A DNA stretch of 64,000 nucleotides from Lama glama (Eukaryota), in NCBI GenBank assembly GCA_028534125.1, contig CM052817.1, positions 20,896,001 through 20,960,000 on the forward strand. Reading direction: 5' to 3'. This document shows positions 25,723 through 38,519 of the stretch, piece after piece (the stretch's first letter is position 1; every line of letters starts with the position of its first letter). The notes under the pieces were generated by a model. The model was not told the DNA's origin. It worked only from the letters and a program-made list of their open reading frames with translations, and did no database searches. Position numbers and translations under genes: made by a program.

Positions 25723-27439
25723 GGTCTCGACTCTACACTAACAACTAAACACTTGAAGGTATAGTAAGTGTATACATGTGAAGGGAGGTTTGGCCTGCAT
25801 TTTCCCATTCAGCACGATGCCTAATACTACTCACCAACCAAACATGCTCCTGCCTCCTCTATAGCTCATGCCGTTTGCACTATATACAACCATAATTTGT
25901 AATTACCCCAGGTTCATATCTTCCTCTATCAATTTACCTTTTGTAGAAATGATGTAAGTCAACGTTGGTTGACTGCATTAACGATGACCAAGTATGTCTC
26001 ATATTAGTTTGGAGAAATAGGTGGGTTCCTTCCAAAGCAATATATATGTTGATTACCTCTCAATAGTAGTAAGAGTAATATAAATATTAAGTTTTATGAA
26101 TCAGGGAGCTTATGGGAGAAAAAAGCATTGAAATCACTGAATCGCTCACGCACATGCACACACACCCCATTGAGGATTTTGTCTTCATCAAAGAAGAAAT
26201 GGACTTTTCTATTTTTCAGGAAGGCCTATCCTGACATTTTAAAATGGAACAAACTGTCTACAAATGGAGAGTTTTTGTTCTATTTTTCCCTCATACAGTT
26301 GCAACATATACTAATAATTAGTACATTTTATTGTTGTAATTAATTTATCATATGTAACGCAAGAGCACACTTCATGCTAATGTTTCATTTAGACAAAGGA
26401 ACCTGAAATTTACTAAATTATCTGTCAGAGACTCTATTACCTTGACAAGAAAGGACAATTCCCTATCAAATGTGTGTCTATTTGTCACTACCTTCACCTT
26501 CTGAAAGAATAGTGCATTTGAGATATTTTTCAAAATCTAAAAGTTAATCCACTATTTTTAAAGATCCAAGGGATTTCATACTCTGAATGCATAGTAATTA
26601 ATTCCGCCATTCCCACAGATGGACAATAAGGCCATATTCTTACATATGTTTATAAGGTGATGTCATTGGGTGTGCTTATGTTATGTGTTATTTTGCTTTT
26701 CAGAATGAATATTTGTATCTGAAAGAAAAAAGTGATACACTTTTTTTAAAGACTCATTGACAGGTTAACTTGTATTATCAGTGTGACTACAAATGCTTTT
26801 TAAATTTCCCATTATTTGAAGATGTGTAACTCCTATACCTTATACTAAATACCTTATTTTAGGTATGTGTGTTTAAGATCACCTAATAACCACAAGTAAT
26901 TACACTTTTGTAAGATCAGCTTGTATGTTTAATCAAATCCATGGGGACTCAAACCAAGTCTGCATTTTCAAACTTCAGTTCAGTGAGTCTTGTCTCCATA
27001 TGGTAAGTCCCATCAAGTAATGCGATTTAATAACAAATTTCAATGACTTCAGAAGAACGGCAATGCCTCTTGCTTCCATTCTAGCTAACATGGCCTGGCC
27101 ACATTCTATTTCACATCATAACAAATTGAAGCAGCTCATCTCATGGACTGACATTTGTTTGAATTTCCCGCAATAGGGAATAGGACACTTTACTGAAGTT
27201 ATTATCAGTGCTTCCTTGTCTGCTAAAACACCAAAGGTGTTGATTTGGGACTCTCCAATTCTGATTCTGGTATACCTGTCTGAGTGACAAGAGAGGACAA
27301 GGGCTCAGAGAAAATATATTGAAGGAAAAAAGGGAATATAAGGTATTCAGAGGGAAAAATAGAGAAAGGAGTTGAGAGAGGAAAAAACAGTTTAATACCC
27401 TGTGGACATCATATATCACCCTCATTTTTGTTTTGTGAA

Positions 27440-27526
27440 ATGGGCAGGAACAGTATATGCCTGCAGCAGCTGTGCGTTTTTTTTGCTAGACACTCTGACA
27501 GTAGAGACAGCGACTCCTTGCTCAGA
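27440..27526 (+). other. Candidate small exon (ATG to splice donor, or 37-nt internal exon 27490-27526); gene unknown
   Basis: gaaATGG start context; open frame MGRNSICLQQLCVFFARHSDSRDSDSLLR; AGA|GTAAGT donor at 27527; internal T8-GCTAG acceptor ending at 27489. Confidence 0.2.
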
Positions 27527-28214
27527 GTAAGTAGCTGATATGACTGGGGACGTTGTGAAGCTAAGATTGGGAAAGACACCTGGCACTGGATCTAAGAGAC
27601 TGTTTTGATCCCCAAAGATTGCTCTGCTTATTACAAACTTTGAAGATTCCTTTCTGTTCTTTCCAGCTAAAGTGTGAAAATATCCATTACTGACCTTCCC
27701 TGTCTATATAAAAATCCTCAATCAGGCAGAGATTTCAGAGGACGGAGCACTATTCATGGTGACAAAAGGAAAAAAAAAATTAGGGTGAGAACAGCAGTAA
27801 AAACATCAAGAGGAACTAGTTCCTAAAAGAGCTAAAAATGTTTGATTTTCTCTGCCCTCTTTAGTTTGTTATTTTGCTTTCATATCTGCTGTGGGATTCT
27901 TACATGCATGTCTTATAAATGCAATTATATAGGACAAAAAAGTTTATCTTTTTGATTGAAAGTTTTAGTCACACCTGAGGATTTTAGGAATTTGCCTTCG
28001 TTTTTGATAACTATCTCAAATGTTTCTATTAAAAGATATAAAGAGAATTAGGCCTTCTTTGGGCATGACTTAGATTTCAAATCAAGTCCATCTACAAGGT
28101 TTTGATAAAGGAGACAAACTGATACCCAATTAACTGTTTCAGTGCTTCCACTTTCAAAATTAAAGAAGCCCAGACTCCTTTACAAGCTCTGACCTAAGCA
28201 CAGTAATAAAGGGT

Positions 28215-28581
28215 GTTATGCACTGAACTGCGAAATTCATATTTTGAAACCCTAACCCCCAATGTGACCCTGTGGGCCTTGTATTTGGAGATAGGGCCTA
28301 CAAGGAAGTAATTAAGGTTAAATGAGGTCATAAGGGTGGGGCCCTAATCCAGTAGGATTGGTGTCTTTGTCAGAAATGAGACCTGAGCACGTTTCCTCTT
28401 TCCATGCAAACAGAGGCCACATGAGGACATAATGAGAAAGCAACTGTCTCACAAATCACGTAGAGAACTCTCAGCATGATCATGGACTTCTAGCCTCCAA
28501 AACTGTGAAGAAATGAATGTCTGCTGTTTAAGCCATTCTGTCTGGGATACTGCGTTACAGCGGTGCTGAAAGACTAATGCA
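28215..28581 (+). mobile_element. MLT1B-like MaLR solo LTR
   Basis: TG...CA ends; 'ccctaacccccaatgtga', 'gtatttggagatagggcct', 'aaggttaaatgaggtcataagggtggggccctaatcc', 'gactaatgca'. Confidence 0.88.
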
Positions 28582-28952
28582 CGGGGAAAAGCCGTCATCT
28601 GTAACATCAGCTGTGACTAATGGGGACGTTTGCTCACATTGCAAATGGGTTCACAGAAAGGCTGGCGTTCAGTGTAGGTTTTGTGAGCTGTAGCAGGTCA
28701 TTGGGCTTCTCGACTTAATTTTCTCTACAGTATTAAGTGATTTAAGTTTGGGGGGTTTTTTGCCTACAAATGTCTAGAGATCTATAATCAAACACGTAAC
28801 ATTTTTTCTGTCCTTTGAACAGAATTTTGATCAAAGAAATAGACTTGAAATGGGGATTCAACAGGATTTGCAAGTCTCATTGTAACATCTTCTAGCTTTG
28901 TTTTAGACCAGTAATATAGAGAAGCTAACTATCAAACTGGGAGCTCACCAAG

Positions 28953-29378
28953 GGTATTTGTTTCCTAGGGCTTCTGTAAAAATTACCACAAATGTGGTGG
29001 CATACAAAATCTGGTTTTGGAGGTCAGAAGCCCAAAAATCAATGTTTGGCACAACCATGCTCCCTCTGAAGGATCTAAGGGAGAATCCTTCTTTACTTCT
29101 TCCAACTTCGGTGGCTCTAGGCATTCCTTGGCTTTGGCTGTATCACTCCAACGTCTGTCTCCATCTCCATGTGGCCTTCTCTTCTCCTAGAGCCTCTACT
29201 CTGTGTGTCTCTTATAAGGACATTTGTCATTGGTTCTAGGATGCACCCTGATAATCCACTATGATATCATCCAGAGATTCTTAATTATCTATGAAAAGGC
29301 TCTTTCCAATTAAGATCACATTCACTATTTCCAGGATGTGGACATTATCTTTTGGGGGACAACCATTTAACCCACTAG
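28953..29378 (-). mobile_element. MLT1C-like MaLR solo LTR
   Basis: 'gtatttgtttcctagggcttctgtaaaaattaccacaaa', 'ccatgctccctctgaagg', 'tcttataaggacatttgtcattgg'. Confidence 0.85.
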
Positions 29379-30708
29379 GCCAGGGAGAAAATTGTTAGGA
29401 AAAAGTCCTCCTCATAAAGAATTAGATTTAAAAAATGAACGTTCAATTTTGATTCTCTATGGTGACATTTTAAATTCAATTTTATTTTAAAAAAATTTCT
29501 TACTAACTAGTAAAATAGTCATCTTTATTTTGATCTTCCAAAAACAAATTTAAAAGGTGAAGTTTTAGGTAAGTGAACTTCCGGGAAGAGGGGCTTTCTA
29601 ATAATTTAAAAGAATGCCTATGATATTAGCCAAGCCAACTGAAATCTCAAAAAGTCAAAGCAGAATATTTTGATATGACATTTTTGTTCCAGTCCAAGAC
29701 TGCCTATTTTCATCATTTGCATATAAAACATTTGAAGCTACAAATATACTTCTCGCATTGGCAGTTTTGATAATTTTTGCCTTAAGTCCTAAATAGTAAA
29801 GGACAGAATTTGCAGTTTCCCAAATAAGATCAAAGGGGCTCATTAGCTAGCAAACTGAGATGTTCATTATGAAACATTTGCTTGGGGAGAAGATTGATAT
29901 ATACCCACCAAAAATGGGACTAAGCAGAAAGTTGTGTTATTAAAATTCAGCTTTCCTGATGTATATACCAGTATCTTACTCTTGAGTTTCTTTCACTTGA
30001 AAAATCATGAATTCTCCTAAATATATAATTAATCTTCATAAACATATTTTGAAAGGCCATTTAGGAAGGATGAGAATGAATATATTTGAAGGTAGAGGAC
30101 AGATAGATACTGTAGGTTTTCTGATTTAGATAATGATTAAAGTGACGGTTTATATTATGATCTAACCATGATTACACGGTGAAAAAGGCACTTCCCCTCC
30201 CCCCCCACACTCTACTCTTTGTCATCCATTTGTAGATCTTGAAACTTCACTATATACAAACTCTTTGTAATTCATTTACTTTTAAATTGTTTTTAACATA
30301 TGTAGTAATACTATGTAATCTATAGTTTTATATTTTTGGGATCCATATTAGTCCTTAAATATATTTCAAAGAAAGGATATAATAGTTTTCTTTTTTTCTC
30401 ACTTTCATAAGTACAAATCTTACAACAACCCACATTTTAAATTAGACTTTCCCAATATGCTGCATTTAAATCATGTGATTATCTACATAATCTTTATATT
30501 AATGATCAATGTCATTGATCCTGTGGGCAAAAATAGTTTAGAAAATTTAACTATAGGGTAGCCTTTAATTTAAACTATCAGTTCAACTCTGAAATACACT
30601 TTAAAAATATAATGTTCTGTTGACTCTACAATCTTTCCCTCCCTTTCCTACCCCACACTAAGAATAGTTAATTCTTTAATTAAATAAGAGAAATTGTCAG
30701 TTTACTCA

Positions 30709-31087
30709 GTGTCTTAGTCTGCTTGGCTACCATAACAAAATACTATAGGATGGATGCCTTAAAAAACAAATACATTTTCTCATGGCTCTAGAGACTGGGA
30801 GATCCAGGATGAAGGGACTCGTGGATTTGGTTCCCGGACAGAGCACTCTTCCTTGTTTACAGAGGGTCATCTGCCTTCTCACTGTGTCCCAGGTGGAGGA
30901 GTAAGAGAGTCCTGGCATCTTCTGCTGATAAAGGCACCCACCCATCAGATAAGGCACCTCCAACCTTATTTAACCTTTATCACCTTCTGACAGGACCCAT
31001 TTTCAAATGCAGTCACATGGGGGATTAGGGCCTTAATGTATGATTTTTTTTTTTTGGCAGGGGATGCATCACATTCAGTTCACAACA
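30709..31087 (-). mobile_element. MLT1A0-like MaLR solo LTR
   Basis: 'gtgtcttagtctgcttggctaccataacaaaatactatagg...cacattcagttcacaaca'. Confidence 0.85.
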
Positions 31088-31719
31088 TCCTATTGTACAG
31101 ACCAAGTGATGCATCAGAATAATATTTTCAAAATCCTGTCCCTGTCATCAAGGAATACATGAATTAATGGGGGAATAGATAGGGGGAATTAAAAAATGAT
31201 TAGATGATTAATCTCATTTCATTGTGTTATAAGGGTTTAAAACTTATGGAAATAAACTGTTTAATTCAAATAAGATATGACCCTTATACAAGTCATGATT
31301 ATGTCTACATTTTCTTCTAAGGATCAGTATTTTTAATTTGGTAATTTAAAAATGCAGCATTATCAATGATAAATGCTGTAGAATCATTATTGGTTAATTA
31401 TAATAGTTTATTTTATTATTTTATGATAGTTTATTTAGTTTATAAAATAGTAGAAAACACATTATCATGCTATACAGATTGAGCAAATTTCCTAAAGATT
31501 TTCATAGCCTCTTCATTCATAAAATGGGAATCAAAATATTTGCTCTATCAGGTGTCATGACAAACAAAAATGCTTTAAGTGGGAAATTAAAAAGAAAAAT
31601 CTTCCTGTCTATGCAGTATCTAACTGTACAGTAAAGTTATACATCAAAATACTTAAATGGTGAGGCTGTGATCAACTGATTCTTACTGAAACTATGACAA
31701 AGTCACTTAAAGTTTTACC

Positions 31720-32690
31720 TTTGGGCTGAGAACTTCTGAGTATCTGTCAAAAGAAAACATTGAGGGCAAAAGTTGGGAGTGCTCCACAGTGCTGTGCAGC
31801 GGGACGAAGAGACGAGAACCAGTGAAAGAGACTGGCCACACCCACAGATTCATACCCAGAGATAGTAGCTGATGGAGTAGGGGCAGTAGAGAGTCCCTGG
31901 AGATAGTCAAAAAGAGAGAAGAACAGAGAAAGGGGTAGGGGGTAGGTAGAAACTCGGGGCATGTCTACATTTGAGGAACATGGAAAACACAGAAATAGTG
32001 TTAAAAGTCACCATCCTAGGAAAACATGAGGAGTGAACCATGAGACAAGGTAGCCAAAAGCTTCAGGAAGAATAGTTCAACTATTATCACGTGCATAGAC
32101 CAGTTAAAAAAAGTTTATAAAAACTTAGTAAAGGGTAAAATTAAGTTTTTTCATTTGATCAAGCCAAATTAATTGAGGATGATTTAAATTAACCTGAAAG
32201 AAAACTAGTCAGAGTTGAAACTCTTGCTATTTTAAACTCTTACTTATACTTTCAACTCTCAGAACGTTATATACATTCTCTGTATTTGTTTATATATTTC
32301 TATCATTGTTGCATTAATTAAGCCATATCATGGATATATATATAGAGAGAGAGAAAAAAAAAACTGCTGAAGAACTGAACCAAAATGCCAGCAGAAATGG
32401 CATGAAGACAAAATAGAGGCATGTTTTAGAGGAAAAGCAGCAACATTGATGACAGATGATACAACACATGGGGAAGGAAGAACACAAATGTCTGGTAATC
32501 TCACCTGAGAAAGTTACAAAAAAATGTACTGGTACAGAGAGAGATGGGAAACTTCAGAAGGAGGGAAAAATGGAAAGGCCATTTTTTATGGACATGTTAA
32601 TTTTGAGAATAAGAAAAACCTATCAATCTGCAGGTGACTTGTCTACCTGCCAACCTGAAAGAAGAAAAGGGTTAAGGATTGAGGACAGAT
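31720..32690 (-). mobile_element. Highly decayed L2 fragments
   Basis: Purine-rich antisense L2-like text ('gatagtagctgatggagtaggggcagtagagagtccctggagatag'). Confidence 0.4.
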
Positions 32691-32852
32691 TTACCAAGGA
32701 GAAAAGGTTTTATTGTATATAACTGTGCTAGAATAGAATGACATTTTAACCTATATAACAGCCAAGTAAATTCATTGCCTAATTATGAGATAACCTGCTT
32801 AAGTTTCAGCCTCAGCAAATTAAATTAGTTGCCATTTATTTAAGACTTGCTG

Positions 32853-32985
32853 TCATCACTATTTTACAAATGTGGAAATCGAGGTTCTGACTCCGTGTAA
32901 TCCCCCAAGGTCAAAAGTCCTGTCATGGGCAAGGCTAAAATGGAAGCCAAGATCTGCTTGACAATAAAGCCCGTGTTCCTTCTGC
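32853..32985 (-). mobile_element. MIR fragment
   Basis: 'tattttacaaatgtggaaatcgaggttctga...cccaaggtca...gaagccaagatctgcttgac'. Confidence 0.7.
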
Positions 32986-34056
32986 TGGCTGAAAAGAGTA
33001 AAAAGTAAAATGGTCTATAGGCTGAAGAGAATGAAATTGAGCTTCTGAGACTGCTTCTTGGCGGTGATGGGGACAAAATTAGGGGAAAAAAAGTTTTGTT
33101 ATATGTGTAATGAAAAATTCTTCTTTTAATAGAAAATTCAATTTTTCTATTATACACTTATCTTGGAGGGATCCTTTTTCTGCTAAGTAATCCATCATGA
33201 AAGATACCTTTCTCATTTTATGAAATGTGTGTCAGATGTTGGCCCCCAATCAATCAATAAACCTAGGAATACATTTAAGTGAATCTTCTTGTTCAGGGTT
33301 TTGAGACATCATAAACAGAAGGCGCACTTATTAGAGTAACGTATTGGGTTTTAACAGAAACTTTCAGTTTCTTCTAAATGTTCCGGTTTCTCCAAGTTAT
33401 ATTAGCTCAGTAACATCTAATGTATTTGTAACTGAAATTTAGTAAAACTGGAACAATATTAAAAACCACCATGATACTTTCATTGAAAATAGATTGTCAT
33501 ACCTCTACCTACGCAATTGTGGACAACATCTTATTCATCTTGTAGGTCATTCTTGACAACTATGTACATTAGGCTTATTTTTATTATGCATAAAAGCATT
33601 CCTTGAGATAGTCTAAGAGCATTATGTGAAAATATTTTTCTTTCTGGTCAAAAGGAGATAAAAATAGCCTGTAGCTGTGGGGTTTCTCTCTTTGTTGTAT
33701 ATTGATTTATGACATAATAGTTTTGCTTTTGTACCAGTCTTCGTCCTACAACGTGCTTGTCTTCTTGTTTCTATTCCTTAGTATCCTATATGGAGCACTG
33801 AACTATCAGTGATTACTGCTGTTTAATCCTCATTTCTATACTTCCTCCAAAAACAAACAATCCTCCCCCAAGTAAAAACGACATCAAAAAATAATACTTC
33901 CCATTGTCTATTTATTCATTTTCTATGGCATATATTAATGGCATAAGGAATTAAAATTTAAAAAAAAAACAGATGTGTTCACTGGAAGATTCAAACCTAT
34001 AACTTAACAGCTGGTCAAGATGATTAGAACCCTGCTATAGAAAAATATCTCACCAT

Positions 34057-35035
34057 ACAGACTTGTGGTTACCGGGGGGGTGGGGGTGGGGGTAGAGGGT
34101 GGGAAGGGATAGACTGGGATTTCAAAATTGTAGAATAGATAAACAAGATTACACTGTATAGCACAGGGAAATATACACAAAATGTTATGATAAATCACAG
34201 AGAAAAAAATGTGACAATGAGTGTGTATATGTCCATGAATGACTGAAAAATTGTGCTGAACGCTGGAATTTGACACAACACTGTAAAATGATTATGAATC
34301 AATAAAAAATGTAAAAAAAAANNNNNNNNNNNNNNNNNNNNNNNNNNNNNNNNNNNNNNNNNNNNNNNNNNNNNNNNNNNNNNNNNNNNNNNNNNNNNNN
34401 NNNNNNNNNNNNNNNNNNNNNNNNNNNNNNNNNNNNNNNNNNNNNNNNNNNNNNNNNNNNNNNNNNNNNNNNNNNNNNNNNNNNNNNNNNNNNNNNNNNN
34501 NNNNNNNNNNNNNNNNNNNNNNNNNNNNNNNNNNNNNNNNNNNNNNNNNNNNNNNNNNNNNNNNNNNNNNNNNNNNNNNNNNNNNNNNNNNNNNNNNNNN
34601 NNNNNNNNNNNNNNNNNNNNNNNNNNNNNNNNNNNNNNNNNNNNNNNNNNNNNNNNNNNNNNNNNNNNNNNNNNNNNNNNNNNNNNNNNNNNNNNNNNNN
34701 NNNNNNNNNNNNNNNNNNNNNNNNNNNNNNNNNNNNNNNNNNNNNNNNNNNNNNNNNNNNNNNNNNNNNNNNNNNNNNNNNNNNNNNNNNNNNNNNNNNN
34801 NNNNNNNNNNNNNNNNNNNNNCAAAATTGTAGAATAGATAAACAAGATTACACTGTATAGCACAGGGAAATATACACAAAATGTTATGATAAATCACAGA
34901 GAAAAAAATGTGACAATGAGTGTGTATATGTCCATGAATGACTGAAAAATTGTGCTGAACGCTGGAATTTGACACAACACTGTAAAATGATTATGAATCA
35001 ATAAAAAATGTAAAAAAAAATAAAATAAAAAAAAA
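34057..35035 (+). mobile_element. Very young 5'-truncated L1 (true length probably about 280 bp) with an 18-bp TSD, split by a false gap
   Basis: TSD AGAAAAATATCTCACCAT at 34039-34056 and 35036-35053; G-rich tract; AATAAA and A-tail; 34123-34321 is identical to 34822-35020. Confidence 0.93.
34322..34821. other. Assembly gap (500 N), probably spurious
   Basis: N run flanked by a 199-bp identical overlap. Confidence 0.95.
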
Positions 35036-35399
35036 AGAAAAATATCTCACCATCTCATCCAAAATCTTGAGAAAGAGTCTCATTAACCTGCATTGGACAG
35101 GATTACTGCCAAACCATCCCCATAGTCATCTGAGATAACAAAACCAGGGATGAAATGGTCAATTTTGCTTAACCATTTTTACAAATAAAATATTGTACTA
35201 TCACTTAGTAAAGTTTAGTGTAAAAAAATCATCCATATTTCCCCCTGGTTTGATTTTGTAAAAAAATCAATAATAAAAATCAACATTAACCTTAGTTTTG
35301 CCTCAGTCAAAAAATAAACAGTCAAATTCAGTGGCCAGGGAAAATGTTGAGCTCACTTCAGATACCAGGACACACAGACTCCTTCCGCTCCTTTTAGAT

Positions 35400-35573
35400 C
35401 TGTGGTTCTCAAAAACTTAGCTGCCTATTGAAATCAACGAAGACGTTTTAAAATGCCTGCCTCCTGGATTTCAGCCCCAGAGACTCCTATTTAATGACTC
35501 TGGAGTTTTGGCCTGAATGTCAGAAGTTTCAGATCTCTAAGAGATTCTAAAGTACAGACAGCTTTGAGAACTT
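35400..35573. mobile_element. MER5A/B-like hAT-Charlie MITE
   Basis: Terminal inverted repeats 'ctgtggttctcaaa' and 'tttgagaacttcg'; internal 'ccccagagactcctatttaat'. Confidence 0.8.
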
Positions 35574-36479
35574 CGGTTGATGTTCTGTTGTTTCCTTCTC
35601 AAAGCCTTTCAAAAGTTTTATGAACTTATAAATGTTGACATATCATACCCCAGAGAAACAGTTTCTCCTAGTTGATTAGAATAGCCTACATGAAGATAGA
35701 CGATAAAGTCATTTTTCTTTTTATTGCACCTGAGAGCAATTCCTTGTTTCTTTCCTTCTCCTTTACATGGAACTGGTGGCACTTGGAGGTTGTGCTCTGT
35801 GCTTTTGGCAACTTTAGTTTCCACCCCGGTGTTATTTAGAAGGTACTTTAGAAATGGTGGATCCACAAACTGTTAGGGCCAGCTGAGTTTCGCAGTCTGA
35901 CAGCTGAGTGTGTACCATAATAAATTGTTACTTCCATAGGATTATGTTAGAGGAAGGCAAACTCACTCTCCTGAGCCCCCAAGCACAAGACTTTTCACTC
36001 AAGACAATTCAAACTGTTCCCAATCACATGTTGAAGACCTTAAGATGCAGGCTGCAATGCAAAATAAGTGGGAAAATTAAAGTTCTTATAGGAACACAAC
36101 TTGTAGTTAGAGGGTGTTACCTGCACAGAATTTAAGAGGCCCAGTGAAGTGTTTGGGAGGCAACTGACTAAAGCATACTGAAGGTTTTATTTTTAATCTT
36201 TGCCAACTTGGAATTGGTTTAATATTTTGAACATGACATGAATATAGGTGGCTTTCTTCTGAATGATGTTAGAAGTTCCATGGTACATAAAATACTGGCA
36301 GCACTAAAGCGCCGTTCTCACCAACATCTTAAACGAAAGGAGAAAAAAAAGCACTGAATATTTTTCTTTTTTATCTCTATGTTGCTCTTTCTGAAATAAA
36401 TTTTTAGGACAGAAGGTAAGGGAAAAACTAATAAATATTGTTTGTAAAGCTCTAGGTTTTTGAGAATCAGTTTAATCAA

Positions 36480-36725
36480 ATGTTTACTCAATCGTTTGAC
36501 AAATATTTATTGAATATATATTATGTTTAATTATGCTAGATAACAAGTCTTTTTAAATTTAGCTCTCACAATAACCTTGTAAATTGTTATGCCCATTTTA
36601 CTGATTGAAAAATAATTGAAAACATAGCTAAAACAAAAACTTACCCAATATTACACAACTAGTAAGGGTTCAGAAGGATTTAACCCAAGTATTTCTTATT
36701 CTGAAATCCATGTTTTCTATATCAG
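36480..36725 (-). mobile_element. L2 3' tip or MIR fragment
   Basis: 'caaatatttattgaatatatattatg'; 'ctctcacaataaccttgtaa..gcccattttactgattg..aacttacccaatattacacaactagtaag'. Confidence 0.6.
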
Positions 36726-37255
36726 CTTAAATGTTACATCTTAGCATGCCCCTTACAGTCAAGTTTTTTCATCCTCAATTCTGTAAGATTGTTTTCATAT
36801 GTTCAGTAAAATTTGGATTTCTCATTTGTGTTGAGGGCAAACTAAAGCACCACTGTGTTAGAGAACACAGTGCATGTAGACGACTCCGATTTGGTCCATT
36901 CCCCCCACCCTGGGGCACTGGGTCAGGCTTTCTCCTGGCACGTATGACCACAAGTTTTTTGTCACAATAGCATGCCACACATAGGACAAACAGTGAGATT
37001 TGCAGGGGACTGACTGTTTTAAAACAGACAACTCTCAGATTTCTTTGTCCTTCTTTACCATGTATTTAGTTAGAAAATCAAACACTTATAACTGATATCC
37101 ACATGCAGTTCTAATAAACTAATTCCTGATTATGAACTTGTATCTTTAAAACAATTCGTAATTATGACACAAATTTACTGTGAATGACAAGGTAATTTTT
37201 AAAAATGTACCATGTATTAATTTTCGCAGATTAAATTCTCTTTAAGTTTCTAGAT

Positions 37256-37495
37256 CAATAATTTGCAACCAGGAGCTATTATACCCCTCAGGGGACATTG
37301 AGCAATGTTTTCAAGCATTTTGGGTTGTCACAGCTAGGAAAGGGGTGCTACTGTAATCTAGTAAGCCAACCAACAAGAAATCTAGACTACAGTAGCCAGG
37401 AGTATTGCAAATCATTTTACAATACACGGGATGACTTCCTACAACAAAAAATTGGACAATCCAAAGTGTCAATGGTTCCAAGCTGGAAAACTTTA
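37256..37495. mobile_element. MER20 hAT-Charlie MITE with an intact 8-bp TSD
   Basis: 'cccctcaggggacattgagcaatgt..ttttgggttgtcaca..ggggtgctactg..atctagt..ccaaagtgtcaat'; TTCTAGAT at 37248-37255 and 37496-37503. Confidence 0.88.
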
Positions 37496-38519
37496 TTCTA
37501 GATATATTTGTATCATCAAAACCAGTTATAGTCCAATTCTTTTGGTGTCTTCTTGTAGGTGCCATACATAGTCAAAGAAGAAGGATAAAGTTTTTGACAC
37601 TTGCAAACCTTGACAGACAACCACAAATTAAAATATTGAAGAAAGAACCTGTATAAGCATTTTCTTAAATGTTGAAATTAGAGAATTGTGCTTTAAGAAA
37701 CATAGCCAAATTCTATCTAGAAGCATGCTAATGGGGGAGTCCTAGAAGTTTACTCTTAAAGGGTAAAGGACTGCCTTTCATTCTTCCATGAATGTTTCCT
37801 GGAAGCTGACTCAACGAAGGAAGAATCTGGATGCACACGTTCTGTTTGATGGTTAGTCAGGAGAAGTCAAAGCCCGGGAACTGACTTTATCCTGATAAGA
37901 ACAGATGTGGCTGCTCTGGCAAATAACCACTGCCCCACAAAAAACAACAGCAAAACTTCAACTTTTCTAACCTGCAACTTTTATAACCTGGATATCTAAG
38001 CACTTCACATTTGCTCTTTTAATCGTCATTTCACTGTGAAGTGGCAGGGGCTTTAATGCTCTTTTTTAAGTCAAAAGAGATGTTTTCCACAGCAGGTGCT
38101 CTCCATTTATGTGAACTTAACATGTTTCTGCCCTGACAGTTAAAAAAGGGAAAAGACAGTCCTGTAGAAAGCAAAAATCATTTGCTGCTGCTGACCACCT
38201 GGGGACAAAAACCATCCTGTCCTTTTTATTATCTAAAGTAAAAATAACATAAGTAAATTTACTTTCAACTTTGACCTTAACATTTGACCAACTAGCCCTG
38301 TCTCTTAAGATTACACGAAGATAGTATTTCTGATACATCAGAAGATTAAAGTCGAAAATAACTGATGCAGAAGCAAGAATTACGCTTCTATCCATAGAAT
38401 TCTCCGTTTCAAATCCCTGATTCAATATTCAAACCCAAATCTTCTCCTTTGAAAGATTTATCTTTAAGCCAATTTCAGTGGGCTATAAAAACTATTTTGT
38501 GCTTTACAACCACTTTTTT

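Noticed and set aside
34004..34975. Duplicated ORF MSNSSVQHNF... as a tandem gene
   Set aside because: Antisense reading of an L1 3' UTR duplicated by contig overlap
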